From a virus: a stretch of DNA of 64,000 nucleotides. The stretch covers positions 3,894-67,893 of the IMG/VR virus record IMGVR_UViG_3300032312_001008, one strand, 5' to 3'. The translations under genes and the position numbers were made by a program. This document shows, in pieces, positions 38,788 to 49,289 of this stretch. Within the stretch, counting starts at the first letter, position 1. Each line of letters begins with the position of its first letter. The notes below the pieces were generated by a model, which made no database searches, was not told the DNA's origin, and saw only the letters and a list, made by a program, of their open reading frames with translations.

Positions 38788-41700
38788 TGTTTCAAGATAA
38801 AGATTTATTAAATTATATAGAAACAAGTTCATCTGTTGAAACAAAGTCTTCTGTTTTTCTTGAATGGAATATGAACATAGCAACAAATATTTTAAAGGTT
38901 GGCAACTATAGGTATAGACCCAATCAGGTATCTTCTCCTTATAGAGCAATACCAAATACTTTTGACATTAAAGATTTTGGGAATTATTACACTGGAGGAA
39001 CTGATGCAGATGTAGTTATAGACGGAGGATTTGATGATGATGAAAACCCTACACTATTTTCTACAAACAAAGAAAAAGTTAAAATGTTGTACTCTTTAGA
39101 AGATTGCCTTAAACCATTTAGACCAAGATCTGGAATTAATAAAGCAAGTTTTATTAATGGAAGATTTTTGCATAACGCAAATATTAATATGGCAAAAAGC
39201 CCAAGATATTATATGCCAGACAAAAAAGATCCATTTAAGTATTGGACTTCTTTTAGAACAGAAAATGGAATTGAGTACGGTATTTCTAATAAAACTGTAA
39301 ATGGTAAACATGCAATTGAAGATGTAGCCCCTTTTGTTGTTTATAAAAATAAAATTCCAGCAAATAGAATTGTTGTAAAAATGCAAACTAACGTAGGTAA
39401 CTATAACTCTGGAACCTATACAAACAAAAGCGATTCTTTTCAACATCCCTATTTTGGAGAATTAAATCAAACAACTCCAGAAAATTGGAAGGTTCAAGTT
39501 TTAAAAAATAATAATTGGGTAGATGCAATATCTTTTTCAAGTGAAAGCAAAAGAAATGATGGCACAAAAATTATAAAGGCAGATGGGTATGTTGAGTTAT
39601 CCTATGGATTAATAGTTCCAAAATTATACTCAAATATATTTAATGATCTTGGTGAGGTATCTTCATCAACACTAATCCCACAATCTGGAAATAGAGATGG
39701 CGATGCATTTTTAGTTATTAGAAACTCTGGAGATGTTGGTACATACTATATATGGTATAGGGATGAGTGGAAAACATTTACACCGTCATACGGATGGAAA
39801 CTTGAAGAAGAAGAAGTAAATATTTTGACAAACTTTGTTACTGAATTAAATAATCCAAAATCACATATTTTTAATGGTGCAGCAAAATATAAGGAATTTG
39901 AATACATTTCTGGCATAAGAATTATTGTAGACACTATGAAAAAGTTTGACTCCACATTCGATCTTATAGAGTTTTCCCCCAGACTTACAGCAGATGTGTC
40001 TGATAGGGTTCAGTCATTTTCTATAAATAAAAGTGCCTCAGATCTTGGAGTTAGTGGTATGCCAGTAGGACAACTTCTTGCATCCACAGGAACAGTAGAA
40101 CTTTTTGATTTTGATGACTCATTTAATTCGTTAAACACAAACAGCATAATTTCTCAATACTCACTAAATAATATTCAAGTAAAGATATATGAAGCGTTAA
40201 CAGATAGAGCAGGTGTAGTTTATTATGTGCCAATCAAAACAATGTATTCTGATGGATTCCCCACAATAGACAATCAGTCTAAAAATGTTTCTTTAAACTT
40301 AAGAGATCTATACTTATATTTTGAATCTCAAACTGCGCCAGAACTTTTTCTTACTAATGTTTCTGTCAGCGCAGCAGTTTCTATTCTGCTAGACTCAATT
40401 GGTTTTTCTAACTATGTATTTAAAAGAGTTGAAGAAGAATCAGAAATGGTCATACCATATTTTTTTATTCCACCAGACAAAAGCGTTGCCCAAATACTAG
40501 AAGACATAGCATTGTCAACTCAAACTGCAATGTTCTTTGATGAGTATAACAACTTTGTTATGATGAGCAAAGAATATATAATGCCAACAAAAACGCAAAG
40601 ACCTACTGACCTCACTCTTTATGGATCTGCAGATTCTGAACCTTTTGAAGTTATTAAAAACAAAAATACAAAACCCAAACTATCAAATATTATAGAGGCT
40701 ACCGCACAAGATACTCAAGTGTATAACGATGGTAAGATATCTTATACTACAAGAAGCATACAAAGAAGCGTTGGCACTATACAAGAAGCAGGACTAATCG
40801 ATATGGAAAAGTCTTGGGTCTATAAGCCAGTTCTTCTTTGGGAGGTATCGGGAACAGAAAATACAAAATCAATTAACTCAGAAGTAAACAATATGTCAAG
40901 TTATGCACTTTCTGCTATTCCTCTAAACTCTTCCTTATCTTCAAGTGTTCCTACTGTTGATAATGGAAAAGTGGTTGATAATACAATAGATCTTGGAGAA
41001 GCAGTTTATTGGGTAACAAGATATAATGGATATTTTTATTCTAATGGAGAAATTATAAGGTATGACGCTGTTCAGTATAGTGTTGCTGGAGTTGGAAATG
41101 TTTGGATAAATAATGTTCAAGAGTATGATAAGTATTTTTCGTCATTACCATTTAACGGAAAGATTTATCCAACTGGTCTTGTTCGTATATACTCTGAACC
41201 AAACTATGAAGATGTTGGAAGTTTGAGCAGATTAAAAAATGGAGCGGTAGCAAAACACGGAAGAGGTCAGTTTGGAACACCTATTGTTAGCCATTCAGCA
41301 GGCCTAAATGCCTATTGGTCAAACAATAGCAATGTACGTGGTTGCAATATGGAGTCTAAGTATTTATTTAGAAAAGATCAAACTTTGCCAATAACTACAG
41401 TTGGCCCTGCTGGAATTAAGGTTGGAGATGTACCAACTAATCTACTTGCTCAAAAAACATCAAGAAATGGAGTTATAAAAAACTTTCTTTCATCAAAATA
41501 TGTTTCGGAGTCAAATGTTCAGTCCATGAGTTCTACTCAAACAGGAACAGTACAGTCTTCTGCATTGGTTATGAATGGCCCTGGCTTTAAGACAACAGAA
41601 TCTCCAGCAGATTTTATTTCTTACGTATACAAACCACTCCTAAATAATTTTAAACATTTTGGAACAAGGATTAGAGTTATAGGAAAAATTGAAAATGATT

Positions 41701-43076
41701 CAAATAGAGGTCAAAGCGCTATAGGTGCAACAGATCTTTTTGTTGTTCCAGGAACAACTGCAGATAAAGACATAAAGATATCTGGAGGATCTGGTGGGCT
41801 TGGAGTGATGATTAATCCAGAAACAAATAATGGATACTACTTTGAGATAATTGCATTAGGTGCAACAAGTTTAAATTCAAAAGAAAGAGAAAATGTTAGC
41901 AATGTTATTTTTTATAAAATAGAGCAGGGTCCAAATGAAAGTGCTATCCCTACTATTTTGTATCAAGGACTTGCCAACATATTCGTAGATGATGGCAAAT
42001 TTACAGGACAGTACAGAATGTCAGCAGAGCAAAATCCAACCGTATATGATTTGTCAGTAGAGTATCAGGAGGTTGGGTCAAGAAGAAGGTTCTTTTTATA
42101 TATTAATAATAACCTAATCGCTACTGTTTTTGACGAAAAGCCTCTTCCAGCATACAACAATCTTGCTCTTTTTGTTAGAGGGTCGTCTAGAGTTATGTTT
42201 GAAAATGTTTATGCTTTGGCAAATAACTATTCAGAAAATACATCGTTTCAGTTAAACACTCCTGTATCAAATGCTTTTAGCGATTCTGAAATAAATTCAA
42301 ACGATTCATTAAGAAAGTATGCAATGAGCGGAATTATTCAGTCTTCGTATTTATCAGGAATAAGTTCATCAGAGCCAAATAAGTTTAGCATTTACTTTGA
42401 TGAATTTGGAACTATAATGCGTGAGGCTGCATCCTTTGATTTTAAATATGATATTGCCTACCCAGCATTGTATGCACAACTAGCACCAACATTTAATGGA
42501 ATAAAAGGTTATGTTGTTTCTGGGTTTAGGTCAAGTGCATACGGTGCAGAATTTTTAATATTTAATGCTACAGATAAAATTCTTAACCTAGATGAAACTA
42601 GTGGAAATTATTTAAGAATTCTTGGTATAACTTTTACTCAGCAATCATCAAATACTTTTAGTGTAGATGAATATTTTTCAAAAAATAGTAATCTTTCAGA
42701 TCCTCAGTTTGAAGAAGATGGATTAATAACATCTGTAAATAAAACTGTAAGAAACTATCAAGATATAAAAACAAGCAGAATGCTTTATGGAAAAAAAGAT
42801 TTTTCACTAGATGTCCCTTATATTCAATCACAAGACGATGCTGAAAACTTAATGTCTTGGCTTGTAAACAAAATTACAAAACCAAGAAAGTCTGTAGGGC
42901 TTAAGATATTTGCAAACCCAATGATACAATTAGGAGACATAGTTTCTATCGATTATGTTGAAAATAATATAAACAAAGTAAGCCTTAAAGATTCTAGGTT
43001 TGTTGTGTACAATATAGAATATTCTAAAAGTATTGCTGGACCAGAAATGTCTATATTTTTAAGTGAGGTTTTATAA
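38787..43076 (+). CDS. large tail tip/hub protein
   Basis: Start set at TAATG-coupled ATG 38787; MFFDEYNNFV and NPMIQLGDIVSI hub-protein motifs. Confidence 0.7.
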   Translation: MFQDKDLLNYIETSSSVETKSSVFLEWNMNIATNILKVGNYRYRPNQVSSPYRAIPNTFDIKDFGNYYTGGTDADVVIDGGFDDDENPTLFSTNKEKVKMLYSLEDCLKPFRPRSGINKASFINGRFLHNANINMAKSPRYYMPDKKDPFKYWTSFRTENGIEYGISNKTVNGKHAIEDVAPFVVYKNKIPANRIVVKMQTNVGNYNSGTYTNKSDSFQHPYFGELNQTTPENWKVQVLKNNNWVDAISFSSESKRNDGTKIIKADGYVELSYGLIVPKLYSNIFNDLGEVSSSTLIPQSGNRDGDAFLVIRNSGDVGTYYIWYRDEWKTFTPSYGWKLEEEEVNILTNFVTELNNPKSHIFNGAAKYKEFEYISGIRIIVDTMKKFDSTFDLIEFSPRLTADVSDRVQSFSINKSASDLGVSGMPVGQLLASTGTVELFDFDDSFNSLNTNSIISQYSLNNIQVKIYEALTDRAGVVYYVPIKTMYSDGFPTIDNQSKNVSLNLRDLYLYFESQTAPELFLTNVSVSAAVSILLDSIGFSNYVFKRVEEESEMVIPYFFIPPDKSVAQILEDIALSTQTAMFFDEYNNFVMMSKEYIMPTKTQRPTDLTLYGSADSEPFEVIKNKNTKPKLSNIIEATAQDTQVYNDGKISYTTRSIQRSVGTIQEAGLIDMEKSWVYKPVLLWEVSGTENTKSINSEVNNMSSYALSAIPLNSSLSSSVPTVDNGKVVDNTIDLGEAVYWVTRYNGYFYSNGEIIRYDAVQYSVAGVGNVWINNVQEYDKYFSSLPFNGKIYPTGLVRIYSEPNYEDVGSLSRLKNGAVAKHGRGQFGTPIVSHSAGLNAYWSNNSNVRGCNMESKYLFRKDQTLPITTVGPAGIKVGDVPTNLLAQKTSRNGVIKNFLSSKYVSESNVQSMSSTQTGTVQSSALVMNGPGFKTTESPADFISYVYKPLLNNFKHFGTRIRVIGKIENDSNRGQSAIGATDLFVVPGTTADKDIKISGGSGGLGVMINPETNNGYYFEIIALGATSLNSKERENVSNVIFYKIEQGPNESAIPTILYQGLANIFVDDGKFTGQYRMSAEQNPTVYDLSVEYQEVGSRRRFFLYINNNLIATVFDEKPLPAYNNLALFVRGSSRVMFENVYALANNYSENTSFQLNTPVSNAFSDSEINSNDSLRKYAMSGIIQSSYLSGISSSEPNKFSIYFDEFGTIMREAASFDFKYDIAYPALYAQLAPTFNGIKGYVVSGFRSSAYGAEFLIFNATDKILNLDETSGNYLRILGITFTQQSSNTFSVDEYFSKNSNLSDPQFEEDGLITSVNKTVRNYQDIKTSRMLYGKKDFSLDVPYIQSQDDAENLMSWLVNKITKPRKSVGLKIFANPMIQLGDIVSIDYVENNINKVSLKDSRFVVYNIEYSKSIAGPEMSIFLSEVL

Positions 43077-43570
43077 TGGCAACTGATGCAACAGCAAACC
43101 AAGCCAGTGCTGATAAGCCAACGGATAAAAAGGATGCAATAAAGATTGCAACCCCATCTCTTTTAAGGCTAACAAATGATACTTTAGATATTAACTCTAT
43201 GACTGAAGTTATTTTTCAAGATATAGGCGGTCATGAATTAATTAATATATCAAGATCAGATGCTATAAATGGTCAAGACATTGTTTATAGTATTATTAAA
43301 AATTTAAAAAATATAATGCTTGACTATAACTCTAATAATATTATTAAACTTCAAGGGACATCAGAAAGATATTTTAAGAATTTTTCAATAGGTCTTGAGC
43401 AAAAGTTGCCTAAAAAGGGGACGGGACCTAATGAAGAAATAGTATATTTAGAAGCATTAACTGGAAACCTTGTCATCAACACAATAAACCTTGAACCAGG
43501 TGAGCAGGTTGAAATAGAAATACTAAATCAAGGAGATATTTTTGATGATACAATTACTAATGGAGGATAA
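43076..43570 (+). CDS. putative minor tail protein
   Basis: Coupled ORF in the tail-tip cluster. Confidence 0.55.
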   Translation: MATDATANQASADKPTDKKDAIKIATPSLLRLTNDTLDINSMTEVIFQDIGGHELINISRSDAINGQDIVYSIIKNLKNIMLDYNSNNIIKLQGTSERYFKNFSIGLEQKLPKKGTGPNEEIVYLEALTGNLVINTINLEPGEQVEIEILNQGDIFDDTITNGG

Positions 43571-43572
43571 AA

Positions 43573-44706
43573 ATGATAACTAATACAGGACAAGCAATTT
43601 TAGCAAAATATCTTGTAGGTCAGGCACCAGCCTATGCATCTTATATTGCTATTGGCTGCGGAGCAAAGCCAGTTAACTCAGATCATATTTTCTCTAATCA
43701 AGAAAAAGCATTAATAAAAAGTAAAGAGTCTTTAGATTTTGAAATGTTTCGTGTACCCATAACATCCAGAGGATATGTTTTTGAAGATCAGCAGTCAAAA
43801 ATTGTGCTTACTGCAGAACTGCCGACATCAGAAAGATATGAAATAACAGAGGTAGGTCTTTACTCAGCAGGATCAAACCCTTATGCAGGCTCAAATGATA
43901 GCAGAACAGTTTTTTCTTTTAGCAGTAGTGAAAATTGGCAATACCACGGAAGCACTCAGCCAACATTCATCCCATCCTATGAGGCTGAACTACACACAGG
44001 CAATAATATTATAAATAAGACCGAAACTGTATTTCAAACAAATGCTGATAACCCAATCTTTACTACTCAAAAACGTGAGTCAAGGGGAGAAAGGTGTAGA
44101 TTTTTAAATAATATTATGGCAGTACGTGGAGATCTTTCGCAAATAAATATACTTCCAAATGGAAAACTTCAGATTGTTTCAGGAAACCACATACATATAA
44201 CTGGAGTATCTTTAGATTTTGACAAGGCATCTCCAAAAGATGATTTACGACTAGCATTTTCTTTAATAAATAAAGATGGACAGTCTGACATTCAGCCAGA
44301 CGAAGTTAGAATTATGATAGAGTTTGCAGAGACTGATGTTCATGGGACAGGTCAGTATGCAAGATTTGAAACGGTACTGCTCAATTCTGATCCAGATATA
44401 GACTTTGCTACTGGAAGATACTTTGTGTCTACTAAAAAGTTTGAGGATTTAACAAAGAGTGATGGGTTTACTTGGAAGAGTGTAGACGTAGCAAAGTTTT
44501 ATGTATCAGTAATAAAAAATAATGTAGTATCTAATGACTACTATGTTTGTCTTGATGCACTAAGACTAGAAAATACTACATCATCAAATCCACTTTATGG
44601 ACTAACTGGATATTCAGTTATAAAAAATAAAGACTCAAAGCCAATTATAAAAATTGCCAATAGCACAAATCACATTGAGTTTAGATTTGGTCTGGATGTT
44701 TTGTAA
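43573..44706 (+). CDS. putative baseplate/tail collar protein
   Basis: MITNTG...YIAIGCG...ITEVGLYS pattern; SD GGAGG; TGATACAAT at 43546-43554. Confidence 0.6.
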   Translation: MITNTGQAILAKYLVGQAPAYASYIAIGCGAKPVNSDHIFSNQEKALIKSKESLDFEMFRVPITSRGYVFEDQQSKIVLTAELPTSERYEITEVGLYSAGSNPYAGSNDSRTVFSFSSSENWQYHGSTQPTFIPSYEAELHTGNNIINKTETVFQTNADNPIFTTQKRESRGERCRFLNNIMAVRGDLSQINILPNGKLQIVSGNHIHITGVSLDFDKASPKDDLRLAFSLINKDGQSDIQPDEVRIMIEFAETDVHGTGQYARFETVLLNSDPDIDFATGRYFVSTKKFEDLTKSDGFTWKSVDVAKFYVSVIKNNVVSNDYYVCLDALRLENTTSSNPLYGLTGYSVIKNKDSKPIIKIANSTNHIEFRFGLDVL

Positions 44707-45179
44707 TGGCTGATCAAGGAATAAAAAAGGCTATTATTAAAAAAGAAGATTTACCATCATTTAATGGAAAGACACAAAAATATTCTGTACGATATAGAAT
44801 TGTTTCAGAAGACAAAAACAGATTTTCTCAATGGTCTCCATACTACGGCTTGTCAGTTCCTTCAAGAAATGCCCCAGACAAACAAGTTCAGTGCTCAGTA
44901 ACAGTTGCTTCAAGTGCAATCAACATGGTATGGAAGCACCCACAATCTGAAGTTTTTCAGTACTACGATATTTATATAAGAACAAATTTAACATTTGACC
45001 CAACTTCTGCAGATCCACACAATGGATTTTCATATGTTGCTAGTTCTTCTTCAACAGATTTTCGCACCTTGGTCCCAGTCGGCATATCCTGGTTTCAGGT
45101 TGCAGTTCAAGTGCCAACATATCCTAAAGAATATTTTATAGATTCTGCAATATTTACATCAACACAGACAGCCGTTTAG
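44706..45179 (+). CDS. putative minor tail protein (FN3-like)
   Basis: YSVRYRIVSED..FSQWSP motif; coupled ORF. Confidence 0.5.
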   Translation: MADQGIKKAIIKKEDLPSFNGKTQKYSVRYRIVSEDKNRFSQWSPYYGLSVPSRNAPDKQVQCSVTVASSAINMVWKHPQSEVFQYYDIYIRTNLTFDPTSADPHNGFSYVASSSSTDFRTLVPVGISWFQVAVQVPTYPKEYFIDSAIFTSTQTAV

Positions 45180-45188
45180 TGGTATAAT
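45180..45188 (+). promoter_or_regulatory. extended -10 promoter TGGTATAAT
   Basis: Directly after stop codon, 9 nt before ATG 45198. Confidence 0.65.
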
Positions 45189-45197
45189 TAATATACT

Positions 45198-45641
45198 ATG
45201 GCACAAATTCCACTACCTGAGCGTGGTCAACCACTAGATGTTGCATATATTTCTAGATTGGCTCAAGCAATAAATGATGTATCAAAAGATGTATCTCCAG
45301 CAAGATATGACTATGTAACTATTGATACAAAAGATACTGGACCACAAAATAAAAAAATTGGAGAGGTTAGGGTCTTGGGTGTTATTAAAAAGGTTGCAAC
45401 AAGCAAGGCCGTTATTCCTGGAGAAGAAATTTCATTCTCCCATTCATTTGCTGGTGAATTTAAGTTTGCTCCAGTTGTAACCGCTACAGCAATAAATGTA
45501 GGGGCGACAACCGCTGGCGGAAATATTTCTGTGATATTAAAAGATCCAACAACTTCTGGAATAGAAGGAACTATAAGATTTAATGCTTCTGGAGATGTTT
45601 CAGTAAATGTTAACCTAATTATTATTGGCGTACCAAATTAA
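45198..45641 (+). CDS. putative small tail-associated protein
   Basis: FKFAPVVTAT...VNLIIIG beta-sandwich pattern. Confidence 0.5.
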   Translation: MAQIPLPERGQPLDVAYISRLAQAINDVSKDVSPARYDYVTIDTKDTGPQNKKIGEVRVLGVIKKVATSKAVIPGEEISFSHSFAGEFKFAPVVTATAINVGATTAGGNISVILKDPTTSGIEGTIRFNASGDVSVNVNLIIIGVPN

Positions 45642-45832
45642 TGTTAAAATGTAAAAAGTGTAATGGAAGAATGTTTCTTGACAGACAGTACAGTACCGTC
45701 GGGCACCTTGAAACATATTGCATGTCCTGTGGTAACAGAAATTTTTTTAATCCACCAACAAGTTCTTCGGAGGGTTTATGGCTATTAAAAAGGGAAGTAT
45801 TGAGAGCGAAGGCTACAATGTCCTCCCTGTAA
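45641..45832 (+). CDS. zinc-ribbon protein
   Basis: CKKC...CMSCG. Confidence 0.65.
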   Translation: MLKCKKCNGRMFLDRQYSTVGHLETYCMSCGNRNFFNPPTSSSEGLWLLKREVLRAKATMSSL

Positions 45833-46320
45833 TACCAGGGAATAAAAAGGTTTGGTTTTTAAACGGAGACCTAGTAAGAATACACCATTTAAACAAATCT
45901 AATGGAATAATGTCTGTTTATAATATAACAAAAGACCAAATTGAAAGTTGTTTAATTTCTGATTTTAAAAAGAAACGTGAACGAGCATACACTGTAAGAG
46001 AGACTGCTGATTTAGTTAATCGTCATAAAAAATATATGCCATCACTAATGAGACGAGGAGTTATTCCTTTTCCAACGGGATCTCAAAAGGGTGGAGAAAG
46101 AGGGTTTCGGGTAAGATCATATTACTCAGAATCGCAAGTAAGAGAGATACGTGATATACTTGCTACGTACCATATTGGTAGACCAAGAAAAGACAACTTA
46201 ATAACAAATGATATCACTCCCAGCAAGCAAGAGTTGACACGAAGAATGGGCGATGGTATACTTACATATACGAGAACTGAAGATGGACGATTCATTCCAA
46301 TCTGGTCTGAGTCTATTTAA
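45778..46320 (+). CDS. MerR-like winged-HTH DNA-binding protein
   Basis: YTVRETADLVNR...RRGVIP...RSYYSESQV. Confidence 0.7.
   Translation: MAIKKGSIESEGYNVLPVIPGNKKVWFLNGDLVRIHHLNKSNGIMSVYNITKDQIESCLISDFKKKRERAYTVRETADLVNRHKKYMPSLMRRGVIPFPTGSQKGGERGFRVRSYYSESQVREIRDILATYHIGRPRKDNLITNDITPSKQELTRRMGDGILTYTRTEDGRFIPIWSESI
46234..46262 (+). promoter_or_regulatory. full promoter TTGACA-17bp-TATACT with extended -10 TG
   Basis: Consensus -35, spacing and -10 inside the end of the HTH gene, upstream of the helicase operon. Confidence 0.75.
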
Positions 46321-46333
46321 CGAAGGGTATGAA

Positions 46334-46540
46334 ATGGAAAACGAAGACACAAAGATATCTGTTACACTTGGATACACGCTTAATCTTGGCAACTTTCAAT
46401 CACTAAGACTTGATCTTGGAATTGTAGATTCACGCAAAAATGGAGAGAATGTTAACCAGGCATTTGAGCGTGTGTATAAGTTTGTAGAAGATAAGTTAAC
46501 TGAAAAGATTAACGAAGCAAAGTCTGAAATCAACGAGTAA
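46334..46540 (+). CDS. hypothetical protein
   Basis: Start set at ATG 46334; VTLGYTLNLGNFQSLRLD motif. Confidence 0.65.
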   Translation: MENEDTKISVTLGYTLNLGNFQSLRLDLGIVDSRKNGENVNQAFERVYKFVEDKLTEKINEAKSEINE

Positions 46541-46848
46541 TGGCTGAACGCAAAGACCGTATGGCTTTGCTTTCGAGATACAGCAAGTATCATACTGCAA
46601 GGTACGAATCAAAGCCATCCCTTAATCTCAATGTAGAGCAGTGGGCTTCAGATGCCCTTGTAGAATCATATACATTGCCAGGGTGCTACGATATACTTGA
46701 GTACTACTTTTCAGTTGCAGAGAGCCCATCATGGAACTACTTTGCATATAACGCAGAAAAAATATTGCAGGCACAAAAAGATAAAGTAAAAGATGACGAA
46801 GAGAGAGCAGAGCGCAGAAGAATGGCAAAGGAGTGGTTAAGTGAATAA
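46540..46848 (+). CDS. hypothetical protein upstream of helicase
   Basis: Coupled ORF, 102 aa. Confidence 0.65.
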   Translation: MAERKDRMALLSRYSKYHTARYESKPSLNLNVEQWASDALVESYTLPGCYDILEYYFSVAESPSWNYFAYNAEKILQAQKDKVKDDEERAERRRMAKEWLSE

Positions 46849-48061
46849 TACAGAGTCAAAACTAATTACTGCAGTTCTTCAAGACAAACAGATCCACGTA
46901 CTTTTACAAGCAAATGTTGACAATCTTCTAAGAACCCACGGAGATATCTGGAATTTTATTAGACTCTACTTTGAGAATAACAAATCACTTCCTCCTGCAG
47001 AACTTGTTACAGAAAAGTTTAGAGACTTCTCTCCAATAGCAAATGTTGGAGCAACTAAGCACCACCTTGAAGAATTGCAGGGAGAGTATCTAAACGATAG
47101 TTTAAAAGATATACTAAGATCTGCTGCAACTAATGTTCAAAACAATCAAGGAAATATTGCACTAAATGATTTGATCACTCAAACATCTGAGTTAAAAAAA
47201 AATACTTCAGCCATTCGTGATATTGATGTAACTGATCTTGAGTCAGCAATTGCATACTTTGAAAATTTAAAAATACAGCAAGCAGCAGGTCATGTTGGAA
47301 TCAAAACTAATCTTCCAGGATTTGACAACTATCTTCCATCTGGAATTATGCCAGGACAGTTAGGGGTATTTTTAGCATACCCAGGTATAGGAAAGTCATG
47401 GATGGCTCTCTACTTTGCTGTACAGGCCTGGAAGCAGGGGAAAACACCACTTGTAATTTCACTTGAGATGTCAGAAACAGAGGTTCGTAATCGTGTATTT
47501 ACAATTATGGGAGAAGGACTTTGGTCACATAGAAAACTATCTAACGGAGATGTTGAGTTAGATACACTTAAGGCTTGGCACGAGAAACACCTAAAGGGAA
47601 AGCCAGAGTTTCATATCATATCAAATGATCAGGGTGGAGAAATCAATCCATCAGTTCTTCGTGGAAAGATTGATCAATACAAGCCAGACTTTGTAATCGT
47701 TGACTACCTTCAGTTGATGGCTCCTAATCAAAAGTCAGATAACGAAACGGTACGAATGAAGAACCTTTCACGAGAACTTAAATTAATGGCTATTGGTGAA
47801 GAAGTTCCAATAATTGCCATTTCATCTGCTACACCAGACGATGTTAATGATCTTAGTGGAGTTCCTACTCTTGGTCAGACTGCATGGTCAAGACAAATTG
47901 CTTATGATGCTGACTGGGTGATTGCTCTTGGTCGAGCATCTAACAGCGATATCATTGAGTGCGCTTTTAGAAAGAATCGTAATGGATTCATGGGAGACTT
48001 CCTTGTTCAGGTTGACTTTGACAAGGGATACTACAGATATAAAGATTATGAAGATAAGTAG
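46841..48061 (+). CDS. dnaB: DnaB-like replicative helicase
   Basis: AYPGIGKS Walker A, ISLEMS, VIVDYLQLM, IAYDADWVI, FRKNRNG. Confidence 0.92.
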   Translation: MNNTESKLITAVLQDKQIHVLLQANVDNLLRTHGDIWNFIRLYFENNKSLPPAELVTEKFRDFSPIANVGATKHHLEELQGEYLNDSLKDILRSAATNVQNNQGNIALNDLITQTSELKKNTSAIRDIDVTDLESAIAYFENLKIQQAAGHVGIKTNLPGFDNYLPSGIMPGQLGVFLAYPGIGKSWMALYFAVQAWKQGKTPLVISLEMSETEVRNRVFTIMGEGLWSHRKLSNGDVELDTLKAWHEKHLKGKPEFHIISNDQGGEINPSVLRGKIDQYKPDFVIVDYLQLMAPNQKSDNETVRMKNLSRELKLMAIGEEVPIIAISSATPDDVNDLSGVPTLGQTAWSRQIAYDADWVIALGRASNSDIIECAFRKNRNGFMGDFLVQVDFDKGYYRYKDYEDK

Positions 48062-48075
48062 GTATAATATGTTAC

Positions 48076-48402
48076 ATGGCAAACTATCACCACAAGCCTA
48101 TCAAGAAGTTCAATTTGAGCGGAGTCATTCATGATGAATCTGCACTTGGTAGGCTTAAGCAGGAATATATCAGGCTCCTTGAGTCTGAAATGCGCCTATC
48201 TGGATATGTGCCAAGGCTTGACATAGAACCAGACTTTACATTAGACTATAACCATAAGAAAAAATATTTTGAATTTGAATTAACAGTACATGGAACATAT
48301 ACGGGGAGAAAACAAAGCGAATGGATAGCAGGAATAGACGGAAGCAAGGTAGTACATACACAAAAGAACAAATCAAAAGAGTTCTCACAGGAACAGGTGT
48401 AA
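48076..48402 (+). CDS. hypothetical protein
   Basis: TATAAT at 48063-48068, 7 nt before ATG; overlaps primase start. Confidence 0.65.
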   Translation: MANYHHKPIKKFNLSGVIHDESALGRLKQEYIRLLESEMRLSGYVPRLDIEPDFTLDYNHKKKYFEFELTVHGTYTGRKQSEWIAGIDGSKVVHTQKNKSKEFSQEQV

Positions 48403-49265
48403 CTATTGAGTCTGAGGTTGACTCAGACTATATTATTTTTTGTCCATATCACAATAACAACAGAACCCCAGCAGGAGAAATAGACAAGTCAAACGGAACA
48501 TTTTTTTGTTTTGCTTGTCACCACGTTACTGGATTAACAGAGTTTGTTATGCACATGTCTAACAGAACATACTTTGAGGCTGCAAGATTTATCAAGAGCA
48601 AAGAAATAGAAACAAGCATTGAGACAGACATAGATAGGGCTCTATATAAAAAACCAGAATTTACAATGTTTGATGAATTAGTTCTTAAGCGTTTGCACAA
48701 TAACCTTATTGAATCAGAAAGAGCAAAGAATTATTTTAATTATAGAAAAATAAATAAAGATTCAGCATCAAAGTTTTCTTTAGGTTATTCAGAAAAACAG
48801 GATATGGTAACAGTTCCAGTTCATAGTCCAGATGGTTTACCAATTGGATTTGTTGGTAGATCAATTGAAGGTAAGGAGTTTAAGAATACTCCAGGGCTTC
48901 CAAAATCTAAGACATTATTTAATTTACATAGGGTAAAAAGTTCAGGAACTGTATATGTTGTAGAGTCATCATTTGATGCAATCAGGCTTGATCAGGTGGG
49001 ACTTCCTGCTGTGGCTACACTGGGATCAAATGTTTCTAACATACAAATAGATTTGCTTCAGAAGTACTTTAATGATATAATTGTTATTGCGGACAACGAT
49101 GAAGCAGGTGGAAATATGAAAACTAAGATAGTTGAAAAACTTGGTTCTCGTGTATCCGTAATCAAACTAAATAAAGAATATAAAGATATAGGCGACATGG
49201 ACGATAAGTCAATTCAAGAACTGGATTTTCAGTTTGACAAATCAATACAGTCTATGCTAAACTAA
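48321..49265 (+). CDS. DNA primase (CHC2 zinc finger + TOPRIM)
   Basis: CPYH...CFAC, FVGRSI, VVESSFDA, ADNDEAG, KDIGD. Confidence 0.9.
   Translation: MDSRNRRKQGSTYTKEQIKRVLTGTGVTIESEVDSDYIIFCPYHNNNRTPAGEIDKSNGTFFCFACHHVTGLTEFVMHMSNRTYFEAARFIKSKEIETSIETDIDRALYKKPEFTMFDELVLKRLHNNLIESERAKNYFNYRKINKDSASKFSLGYSEKQDMVTVPVHSPDGLPIGFVGRSIEGKEFKNTPGLPKSKTLFNLHRVKSSGTVYVVESSFDAIRLDQVGLPAVATLGSNVSNIQIDLLQKYFNDIIVIADNDEAGGNMKTKIVEKLGSRVSVIKLNKEYKDIGDMDDKSIQELDFQFDKSIQSMLN
49234..49263 (+). promoter_or_regulatory. full promoter TTGACA-18bp-TAAACT with extended -10 TG
   Basis: At the end of the primase gene, upstream of SSB/DnaE/RecA. Confidence 0.7.
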
Positions 49266-49289
49266 CATAACACAGAAAAGAGAAAACAA